From Myxococcota bacterium (GTDB taxonomy: Bacteria; Myxococcota; XYA12-FULL-58-9; JALHOP01): a stretch of 55,596 nt of DNA. The stretch is taken from positions 1 through 55,596 of the forward strand of contig JBGGMJ010000053.1 in assembly GCA_041288095.1 (NCBI GenBank), read 5' to 3'. The translations under genes were made by a program, and so were the position numbers. This document shows, piece by piece, positions 40,886 through 48,803 of this stretch (the stretch's first letter is position 1; every line of letters starts with the position of its first letter). The notes below the pieces were generated by a model. It worked only from the letters and a program-made list of their open reading frames with translations, made no database searches and was not told the origin of the DNA.

Positions 40886-42984
40886 TGCTCGTCCTCCAGA
40901 TCGCTGCTGACGCGTTGCAGGGCTGCATACACGTCTTTGACCGTGCCTGGCCGATGCGAGCGCCGTTTGGATAGCGACATCATGATGAGCCGCTCGAGAC
41001 GCTCCGGAATATCGACACGTTTCTGGGACGGCGGAACCGGCGCCGCGCTCATCTGTTGGTTGCGGATCTCCTCGAGACTGGTGCCGCGGAAAGGCGGCGC
41101 GCCGGTGAACACCTCGTAGATGAGGGTGCCGAGCGCATAAACGTCGCTGCGGACGTCGAGCGGATCGCTGCCGAACTGTTCCGGACTCATGTAGACGGGG
41201 GTGCCGGCGGTGGTCGCGGCGCCCCCGACCTGCGTGTCGACATGCCGCGAGATGCCGAAGTCCATGAGCTTCACCACACCGCTCTGCAAGACCATCACGT
41301 TCTGGGGCTTCAGGTCGCGGTGGATGATGCCGGCGTCATGCACGGCGATGAGGCCGCGGCAGATCTGTTTGACGATCTGTAGCCCCGGTCCGAATGCCAG
41401 CGGACCTTGTGCCTTGATGAGCTGCGCGAGCGTCGTGCCGGCCAGTAGCTCCATGCTGATGAACATCTGACCCTGCCACTCGCCGATGTCGTGCACACGC
41501 ACGACGTTGGCGTGGCTGATCTTGCGCCCGACCCGCAGCTCGCGTTTGAAGCTCGACACCTGGTCGTCCGGGGTACCGTCGGCGCTGGGCGTGAGTAGCT
41601 TGAGCGCGACGTACTCCTCGGCCTGGCGATCGTAAGCGCGCATCACGGTGCCGCGACCTCCTTGACCGATGCGCTCGAACACCTCGTAGCGCTCGTTCAC
41701 GCGGATCGGATCCAAGCCGTGTTGCTGGTCGGGCCTGGTTGCCGCGGCGAGCATGCGCTCCAGCTCCTGCTTCTGCCGGAGCTCGACGACGAGTGAAGCG
41801 AAGGCGCGCGACAGGGCGCGTACCTCTTCGGCACCACCTTCGGGCAGCTCGACATCGAGACCGCCATCGCGGATGGTCGTGGCCGCTCGCGCCAACTGCT
41901 CGACCGGCCGCGACATGCCTCGACCCATCAGCCACGCGAGCGGTAGCGCCACGGCGATGGCCATGAGGCCCGAATAGGCGATGACGCGGCGTATGGCCCG
42001 GAAAGCCGCGCCTTCGGCGTCGCGCGACCGGGTGAGGAGGAATGCGCCGAGCATGGCGCCGCTCGCCGAGCGCACCGGAACGCCCACGACGATGAGATCA
42101 CCGGCCTTCGCATGGACGTCCGCTGGACCGAACACGCCGCCGCGGCGCAGGAGCTGCGCGAAGGTCGGCTCGTCCGCAAGCTCATCGAGGAGGTCCTCAC
42201 CGGCGAAGTCGCGGCTCGCGAGCGTCAGCGTCGCTTTGGGCGTCGTCGAGCTCGGGTCTGCGTCGTAGACGAAAGCTACCGAAGCGCGCATCGCCGATTG
42301 CATCGCGAGGAGGCGGTCGCCATCGATTGCGAATGCCGTCGCCAAGACGCCGTCGATGTGCGCCTGATCGGTGGTGCGCACCGGCACGGCGCCGACGATG
42401 GCTGGGCGATAATCCTCGCGTATGGTGGCCGCGGCGGGATCGCCGCTGGCGAGTGGGCCGCTGACCCAACCGACGTCGCGGAAGTCATCGCCGGTTTTCC
42501 CTGCCCCATTTCCGGCGCGGGCGAGCAGCACTGCCTGCGGGCCGAAGAGGAAGATGGCGGTGGCCTCGAGGGTACGGCGCATGTCACGGGCCCAATCGGC
42601 ACGGGTCTCGGTCGAGACCTCGCTCGCGTACAGCGCTTTGGTGCCGGGTTGCTCGGCGAGCGCCTTGGTCGTGGCAAGCAAGCGCGTTTCGAGCTCGCGC
42701 TTGTAGGCGACGAAGTTCTCCGGGAGGCGCTGCATGTCGGCGCGCAGCGCCTCGTCGCTGACGCTACTCGTGTGCCAGCTGGTGATGCCGACGGCGACGG
42801 CGATGACGACGCCGATGACGAACAACATCGCGAGGAAAAGTCGCGCACTCGAGGAGAGCGGCTGCTTCTTCGGGTTGTGCGCCACGGCGGGACGCGTGAC
42901 GTCTTCCGTCGACGCCTGCTTCTTGACTCGCGCCTTCTTGGCGCCGCCGGCGCGCCGCGCCGATGTTGGGAGGCTCTCGCTCAA
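40882..42984 (-). CDS. Membrane Ser/Thr protein kinase: TM + periplasmic Cache-like sensor + TM + HAMP + Hanks kinase (about 700 aa)
   Basis: Two TMs, HAMP (SRPVEQLARAA...EEVRALSRAF) and kinase motifs GQGGRG, VALK, HRDLKPQN, DFG, GTPVYMSPE. Start inferred at TTG 42984, overlapping the upstream TGA. Confidence 0.9.
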   Translation of the reverse strand: MSESLPTSARRAGGAKKARVKKQASTEDVTRPAVAHNPKKQPLSSSARLFLAMLFVIGVVIAVAVGITSWHTSSVSDEALRADMQRLPENFVAYKRELETRLLATTKALAEQPGTKALYASEVSTETRADWARDMRRTLEATAIFLFGPQAVLLARAGNGAGKTGDDFRDVGWVSGPLASGDPAAATIREDYRPAIVGAVPVRTTDQAHIDGVLATAFAIDGDRLLAMQSAMRASVAFVYDADPSSTTPKATLTLASRDFAGEDLLDELADEPTFAQLLRRGGVFGPADVHAKAGDLIVVGVPVRSASGAMLGAFLLTRSRDAEGAAFRAIRRVIAYSGLMAIAVALPLAWLMGRGMSRPVEQLARAATTIRDGGLDVELPEGGAEEVRALSRAFASLVVELRQKQELERMLAAATRPDQQHGLDPIRVNERYEVFERIGQGGRGTVMRAYDRQAEEYVALKLLTPSADGTPDDQVSSFKRELRVGRKISHANVVRVHDIGEWQGQMFISMELLAGTTLAQLIKAQGPLAFGPGLQIVKQICRGLIAVHDAGIIHRDLKPQNVMVLQSGVVKLMDFGISRHVDTQVGGAATTAGTPVYMSPEQFGSDPLDVRSDVYALGTLIYEVFTGAPPFRGTSLEEIRNQQMSAAPVPPSQKRVDIPERLERLIMMSLSKRRSHRPGTVKDVYAALQRVSSDLEDEQ

Positions 42985-43643
42985 TAGAGGTGCCGTCCTT
43001 CGGTGTCCGTCGGGTAGCTCTCGCCGAACTTGTTCTTGTGGCTCCCCGGTTTCCAGCTCTTGGCGTCGAGCGTGTAGACCAGCTCCATCTCGGGCTGGCG
43101 CGGTACGACGATGGTCTGACGTTTCTCCCCGGAGAGCTCGTGCCACACGGCGACGGTCTGCGGGCCCGTGGGAACGTCCGTGATGACGGCGTTACCTTGC
43201 TGGTCCGTTCTAGCGAGCGCCTTGGAGTCGACGATGACGATGTAAGCCGCCATCGACGAATGGATGTTGCAGAAGAGCTGGATGACCCCAGGGCGGTCGA
43301 AGCTCACGGAACGTGCCTCGCCGCCGCGGTACAGGCCGAGGTCGAAGGGCTTCGCGTCGGAGAGGCTGAAAGCGTTGTGATCGATACCGTCGAGGTTCGG
43401 GAAGTGGATGGTGGTGCCGATGGGCGCGGCCGTGATGCGCGGTACGAAGCGCTTGCCGTAGTGCTCGATACGCGCTTCACGCGTGGCGTTGCGCTTCACG
43501 AATACTCCCGGAACCCAGATGATGGCCTCGGCGGCCGGGACCACCCCGGCACCGGTGTCGATGTCTACATGCACGCGCAAATCAGTGGCTCGCGCCAGCG
43601 AGGCGCTGAGAAGCACGCTGCAAACGGCGAGGAGGCGACTCAC
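42981..43643 (-). CDS. Exported cupredoxin-fold protein with carboxypeptidase-regulatory-like C-terminal domain
   Basis: Signal peptide; FVPR...G..IHFPN.D..DHNAFS, FDLGLY and FCNIHSSM (His/Cys/His/Met type-1 Cu-like ligand set). Confidence 0.85.
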   Translation of the reverse strand: MSRLLAVCSVLLSASLARATDLRVHVDIDTGAGVVPAAEAIIWVPGVFVKRNATREARIEHYGKRFVPRITAAPIGTTIHFPNLDGIDHNAFSLSDAKPFDLGLYRGGEARSVSFDRPGVIQLFCNIHSSMAAYIVIVDSKALARTDQQGNAVITDVPTGPQTVAVWHELSGEKRQTIVVPRQPEMELVYTLDAKSWKPGSHKNKFGESYPTDTEGRHLY

Positions 43644-43718
43644 GATTGTAGGGAATCATACACCAGGTCGAGGGGGATGGTTGTTTCCTTATTGCCGCGA
43701 TTCCGGCACGTTACGAGG

Positions 43719-45008
43719 GTGAGCCGGCCCTTCGATGAGCTCGAGACCTTGCCCGAGGAAGCTTTCGACGGCGGACTTCTGCTCGTAGCTCTCGTGGGCG
43801 AGGGCATGGTGACGCGAGAGCTGCCGGCTACCGGCGAGCTCGTCATCGGGAGATCCGCTGAAGCGGATGTGCGTGTCGACCACGAGTCGTTGTCGCGCAA
43901 GCACGCGGTGCTCTCGGTGAAGGCGTCCGTGCTGGCCATTCGTGATCTCGAGAGCGCCAACGGGACCAAGGTTCGTGGGAAGCGGATCGACGCCGGGGTC
44001 GACGTGCCGTTGCGCGTGGGTGAGCTGGTCGAGCTCGGTGGCGTCGCGTTGGTCGTGCGCCCGCGAAAGAAGACAGGGACTCGGGCACCGGCAGGCGAGG
44101 TGGTGCGCGTCGACCCGGCGATGACGGCGCTCTACGATGCGGTCGAGCGGGTCGCCAAGAGCTCGGTCGCGGTGTTGATCATCGGTGAGACCGGCGCCGG
44201 CAAGGAGAGCGTCGCCGAGGCGGTGCATGCGCGGTCGCGCCGGGCCAATGGGCCGCTGGTGAAGGTCAACTGCGCCGCTTTGACGGAGTCGCTGCTCGAG
44301 AGCGAGCTGTTCGGTCATGTGCGTGGGGCGTTTACCAACGCGGTGAAGGACAAGCAGGGATTGTTCGAGGCGGCCAAGGACGGGACGTTGTTTCTCGATG
44401 AGGTCGGCGAAATGCCGATGGCGACGCAGGTGAAGCTGCTGCGAGTCCTCGAGGAGAAGGTCGTGCGGCCGGTGGGCGCGACCACTTCGATTCCGGTCGA
44501 TGTGCGGATTGTGGCCGCGACGAATCGCGAGCTCGAAGCCGAGGTCGAGGCGGGGAGGGTGCGCGCGGATCTGTTCTATCGGCTGAATGGTGTGACGTTG
44601 CGGGTGCCGCCGTTGCGCGAGCGCGTCGCGGATATCGAGCCGTTGGCTGCGTATTTCCTGGAGCGCGCCTGTCTGGAGATGGGGAGGATTGATGCGCCTC
44701 GCTTCGATGCGGGAGCGATTGCCGCCTTGAGGACGCATCGGTGGCCGGGGAACGTGCGGGAGCTGCGCAACGCGGTGGAGAGGGCGGTGGCCTTGCAGGT
44801 GTCCAACGTGCTTGGGGCGGGGGACCTCGGGTTGCGGGGGCAGGATGTGGGTCGCGCGCCTGTTGCGGATGAGCGCGGGCGGATTGAGCAACTGCTCGCC
44901 GAGGTTGGCGGCAATCAGTCGCTGGCGGCGGCGCAGTTGGGGATTTCTCGCAGCACTTTGATTCGGCGGATCAAAGAGCTGGGGATTTCGCGGCCGCGAA
45001 AACGGTGA
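43719..45008 (+). CDS. FHA-domain sigma54-dependent enhancer-binding protein
   Basis: FHA (LVIGRS...SLSRKHA...DLESANGT), GETGAGKE, ESELFGHVRGAFTNA, WPGNVREL and Fis HTH. Start is GTG 43719 or ATG 43677. Confidence 0.92.
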   Translation: MSRPFDELETLPEEAFDGGLLLVALVGEGMVTRELPATGELVIGRSAEADVRVDHESLSRKHAVLSVKASVLAIRDLESANGTKVRGKRIDAGVDVPLRVGELVELGGVALVVRPRKKTGTRAPAGEVVRVDPAMTALYDAVERVAKSSVAVLIIGETGAGKESVAEAVHARSRRANGPLVKVNCAALTESLLESELFGHVRGAFTNAVKDKQGLFEAAKDGTLFLDEVGEMPMATQVKLLRVLEEKVVRPVGATTSIPVDVRIVAATNRELEAEVEAGRVRADLFYRLNGVTLRVPPLRERVADIEPLAAYFLERACLEMGRIDAPRFDAGAIAALRTHRWPGNVRELRNAVERAVALQVSNVLGAGDLGLRGQDVGRAPVADERGRIEQLLAEVGGNQSLAAAQLGISRSTLIRRIKELGISRPRKR

Positions 45009-45031
45009 GGCTTGACCCGCGAGCCGTTCCT

Positions 45032-45892
45032 CTACGCGTAGTACTTCCCGACCAACGGCCGCAGATCATCAATCCGCTCTTGCGGAACCGCCGCCTTATC
45101 GGTCTGCAAGGCAGCCTTGAGCGCCGTCGCACACCCGCACGTCCCCGCAATCGACCCAACCGTGCTCAAGGCATGCTCGAGCATCTTCTTCGCCGTCGCG
45201 CCGTTCTTCTTGAGCATCGCTAGCACCGCGTCGACGGTCACGTGCCCTTCGCTCTCGTGCCAGCAGTCGTAGTCCGTCACCATCGCGACCGTCGCGTAGT
45301 GCAGCTCCGCTTCACGTGCGAGCTTCGCTTCCGGCATGGCGGTCATGCCGATCACGTCGACGCCTTGAGCGCGATACGCCAGCGACTCCGCGAGCGTCGA
45401 GAACGCCGGCCCCTCGATGCAGACCAGCGTTCCGCCATCGTGGACAGCGGCTCCGGTGGCGCGGCCGGCCGCGGCAAGGTGGTTGGCGAGACGGGGGCAG
45501 ACGGGGTGGGCCATGGAGACGTGCGCCACGATGCCGTCGCCGAAGAAGGACTCGGCGCGCAGGCGGGTGCGATCGAGGTACTGGTCGACCATCACCATGT
45601 CGCCGGGGTGGAGGTCTTCGCGCATCGAGCCGACCGACGACACCGACACCAGCCACTCAGCCCCGAGCGACTTCATGGCGAAGACGTTGGCGCGATAAGG
45701 CACTTCCGTCGGGCTCAAGCGGTGGCCGCGGCCGTGGCGCGGCAAGAAGACGAGCTGGGCGCCGCCGAGCTTGCCGGTCACCAAGACGTCCGAGGGCGCG
45801 CCGAACGGCGTATCGACCTTGATCTCGCGGACCTGGGTGAGGCCGTCCAGCGCGTAGAGCCCGGTGCCGCCGATGATGCCGATGGTCGTCAT
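45032..45892 (-). CDS. mtnP: S-methyl-5'-thioadenosine phosphorylase
   Basis: IGIIGGTG, TPFGAPS, FLPRHG, EGPAFST.AES, IGMT..PEAKLAREAE and MVTDYDCW. Confidence 0.95.
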   Translation of the reverse strand: MTTIGIIGGTGLYALDGLTQVREIKVDTPFGAPSDVLVTGKLGGAQLVFLPRHGRGHRLSPTEVPYRANVFAMKSLGAEWLVSVSSVGSMREDLHPGDMVMVDQYLDRTRLRAESFFGDGIVAHVSMAHPVCPRLANHLAAAGRATGAAVHDGGTLVCIEGPAFSTLAESLAYRAQGVDVIGMTAMPEAKLAREAELHYATVAMVTDYDCWHESEGHVTVDAVLAMLKKNGATAKKMLEHALSTVGSIAGTCGCATALKAALQTDKAAVPQERIDDLRPLVGKYYA

Positions 45893-45904
45893 GGAGCGCT
45901 CCAG

Positions 45905-47227
45905 CTAGAAAGTGAAAGCGAGGTTGCCGTACCAGTTGAAGGTCACGTGTCCGGAATCGCGGAAGCGCGTGCCTGCCTGATCATAGCTGATGCCGATGCT
46001 GCTCGTATCCGCGTAACATTTGTCGCCGGAGGTGTTGCCGCAGAAATACGGATTGCGCTGATCGAGCGTGCCGTCGCCGTCGGTGTCGATGCCCTCGGGC
46101 TCGTTCGTCAGCAAGTGCGGCGTCGAGTAGACGACATCCATGCCAAGCGTGACGTTGACGAACGCGGAGATGCGCACGAGCAGGGCGACCTGCGCGCCGA
46201 TGTCGAAGTACTCCTGGGTGTACGTGAGCTCACGAAGCGCCGGCGTCAGGATGCTGTAGTTGCGGCCCGCCGTGTAGAAGCGGCCGAGACCGCCGACGAG
46301 CAAGCCGACTTTTCGCAGCGCGCGCGTGTTCATGTACGGGATGATCTCCGCGCCGGTGCGAGTCTCGAAGACGTGCGACGGGCCGTGGCCGAAGGGATGG
46401 TCGGGGCTCTCGCGCATTTGCTCCGGCGCCCTGGGACCAACCATTGGTAGGGCGTAGCTCAGCGTGAAATAGGGCTCGACGAACCCCTGCATGTCGCGCG
46501 AGCGCCAGTCGCCTTGGCCTTCCCAGACGTACCAGCGCTTCGACGCCGCGGTGGAGAAGAGCAAGCGATACACGCCGTCGCCCATGCCGGCCGGCTGGGC
46601 GCCGGTGGCGGGGTCCACGTCGGGACGATAGGTCTTGCTGATCCAGGGCGTGGACAGACCGAACCCAATCACCCAGCTCGGCGCCGTGTCGTCACGATCC
46701 TCGGAGAGGATGGCGTAGCGCAGCGTGAAGTCGAGCGGACCCCAGCCCTTCTGCTTGGTGCGCGTGCCCTCGCCCTCGAGGAAGAAGTACTCGCCCGTCG
46801 TGGTGTCGACCGAGCTGGTCTCCGGCGTGATGCCGTCGGCGTAGTTGTACTGGAACTTCTGGCTGATGGCGTAGGCCGTGCCGATGGTGAGCGACAAGTC
46901 CTTGTAGAGACCGATCTCGGCCTGGAGGCGCAGCCAGTAGACGTGCGATTTCCACGCTACTTCGTCGAGCGGTACGCAATTGCGCACGGAGGTCGCGACG
47001 CAGCCGGTGTCGACGGTCGGTCGGTTCACCGGCTCGCGGCTTATGATGCCGCTCGCGGTTTGGGCGTCGAACGCCAAGTTGAAGTGGACCTCGAAGGCGT
47101 TGGGGATGGTGACGCCGCCACGCTCGTAAGAGTCGAAGGCGTCGGCCACGTCGGTGGGCCTCGCGGCGCGGGCGTTGACCGCGATAGCGAGCATGCAAAT
47201 GAGCGTTACCGGCAGGAAACGATTCAA
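45905..47227 (-). CDS. Hypothetical outer-membrane protein (440 aa)
   Basis: Signal peptide, beta-strand-like aromatic segments, a DTDGDGTLD acidic loop, a Cys pair and terminal LAFTF. TTG start overlaps the NtrC stop. Confidence 0.65.
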   Translation of the reverse strand: MNRFLPVTLICMLAIAVNARAARPTDVADAFDSYERGGVTIPNAFEVHFNLAFDAQTASGIISREPVNRPTVDTGCVATSVRNCVPLDEVAWKSHVYWLRLQAEIGLYKDLSLTIGTAYAISQKFQYNYADGITPETSSVDTTTGEYFFLEGEGTRTKQKGWGPLDFTLRYAILSEDRDDTAPSWVIGFGLSTPWISKTYRPDVDPATGAQPAGMGDGVYRLLFSTAASKRWYVWEGQGDWRSRDMQGFVEPYFTLSYALPMVGPRAPEQMRESPDHPFGHGPSHVFETRTGAEIIPYMNTRALRKVGLLVGGLGRFYTAGRNYSILTPALRELTYTQEYFDIGAQVALLVRISAFVNVTLGMDVVYSTPHLLTNEPEGIDTDGDGTLDQRNPYFCGNTSGDKCYADTSSIGISYDQAGTRFRDSGHVTFNWYGNLAFTF

Positions 47228-48651
47228 GCTTTGTTCTCGGGATCGCGGAGCCCGAGCTCCTTCATCTTGTTCTGCAGACCCTTGCGGCTGATGCCCAACA
47301 GGCTCGCGGCCCTCGTCACGTTGCCGCGGGTCTCGTCGAGCGCCTTGACGATCAAATCCTTTTCGATTTCAACGGTGGCCTGGCGCACGATGTCCTTCAT
47401 CGAGGCGCTGCCGTCCCCGAGCTGCTCGAGGGTCACCCGCTGCGGTGACGCTCCGGGGTCGCCTTTTTTGGGCCCCGGACTGGCTTTGCGCACATCCTCG
47501 GGAAGATCGGCAAAATCGACCGTGTCGTTCTCACTGAAGAGCAGCATGCGTTCGATGACGTTTTCGAGCTCACGGATGTTGCCGGGCCAGTGATAGGCGC
47601 CGAGGGCCTCCATGGCCCTCGGAGTGATGCCCAGGACGCTCTTGGATAGGCGTTTGTTGTACTTGTCGACGAAGAATTCGGTGAGGAGGGGGATGTCTTC
47701 CCGACGATCGCGCAGGGACGGAAGTGCCACTGGGACAACGTTCAAGCGATAGAAGAGGTCGTCGCGGAAGTTGCCGGTCTCGATCTCGCGGGCCAGGTCG
47801 CGGTTGGTGGCCGCGACCACGCGCACGTCGACACTAATGGTGCGCACGCCGCCGACGCGCTCGAACTCGCTTTCCTGCAGGGCCCGCAGCAGCTTGACCT
47901 GCATCGCCCCCGGGATTTCCGCGATCTCGTCGAGGAAGAGGGTGCCGCCGTCGGCGAGCTCGAAGCGACCCGGTTTGCTCGAGACCGCGCCGGTGAAGGC
48001 GCCTTGCTCGTAGCCGAAGAACTCGCTCTCCATGAGGTCTTTGGGGATGGCGGCGCAGTTCACCTTGATGAAGGGCTTGCCGCGGCGCTCGCTATTCTCG
48101 TGCAGGGCGCTGGCCACGAGCTCCTTACCCGTGCCGGACTCGCCGGTAAGTAAGACCGTGGAAGGCGTCGCCGCGACCTTCTCGATGATGGCGAAGATCT
48201 CCTGCATCCGGGGCGACTGGCCGATGATGCGAAAGCGCCCGGGCGTGTCGCCGGCGTCGTTCAGGCGGCCCTGGTTGGTGGCGCGTACGGCGGCGGCCTT
48301 GCGCACGGCGAGCTTCAGCTCGTCCTTGTCGAACGGTTTGGTGATGTAGTCGAAGGCCCCGTTTTTCAAGGCGATGACCGCGGTGTCGACCGAGCCGTGG
48401 GCCGTGATGACGATGACCGGCAGCCCTGGGAGCGTGCGCTTCATATGCTCGAGCAGCTCGAGGCCGCTCATGCCGGGCATGCGCATGTCCGTGATGACGA
48501 TGTCGACCGGCTGTTTCTTGATGGCGGCGACCGCCTCTTCGCCACTGCCAACCGCGATGGTGGCGTGCCCGTCCCGGGTCAAGAGCGTACTCAAGACTTT
48601 CCGGAGGTTCGACTCGTCGTCGACAATCAGCACCGTTGCCACGGCGCGCAC
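47224..48651 (-). CDS. NtrC-family sigma54 response regulator
   Basis: Receiver (LIVDDE, ITDMRMP, KPF), [24 protein letters not shown] and HTH GNVTRAASLLGISRKGL. Confidence 0.95.
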   Translation of the reverse strand: MRAVATVLIVDDESNLRKVLSTLLTRDGHATIAVGSGEEAVAAIKKQPVDIVITDMRMPGMSGLELLEHMKRTLPGLPVIVITAHGSVDTAVIALKNGAFDYITKPFDKDELKLAVRKAAAVRATNQGRLNDAGDTPGRFRIIGQSPRMQEIFAIIEKVAATPSTVLLTGESGTGKELVASALHENSERRGKPFIKVNCAAIPKDLMESEFFGYEQGAFTGAVSSKPGRFELADGGTLFLDEIAEIPGAMQVKLLRALQESEFERVGGVRTISVDVRVVAATNRDLAREIETGNFRDDLFYRLNVVPVALPSLRDRREDIPLLTEFFVDKYNKRLSKSVLGITPRAMEALGAYHWPGNIRELENVIERMLLFSENDTVDFADLPEDVRKASPGPKKGDPGASPQRVTLEQLGDGSASMKDIVRQATVEIEKDLIVKALDETRGNVTRAASLLGISRKGLQNKMKELGLRDPENKA

Positions 48652-48803
48652 CGTATATTCGCGGGCCTAGACGGGCAACTGGCACATCGATGATCGGCGA
48701 TCTGGCTATCGGCTCTCGGCTATGTAGGCAACCGGTGCTCTGATTTTGCGGGGTTTTTGCGCAGGTGGGGGGCGTGGGTGCTACACTTTTGGCGGTTCAG
48801 GCC

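Noticed and set aside
42963-43718. N-terminal extensions in the ORF track (42963 start for the FHA-EBP; also 43146, 17391, 17036, 14060, 38473 and 9713)
   Set aside because: They overlap well-supported neighbouring genes. Downstream starts with stop/start coupling or promoter context fit better.
48680-48695. TGGCAC upstream of the Zn-ribbon/TPR gene as a sigma54 promoter
   Set aside because: The -12 position reads TGAT rather than TTGC, so the GG-N10-GC spacing is not met.
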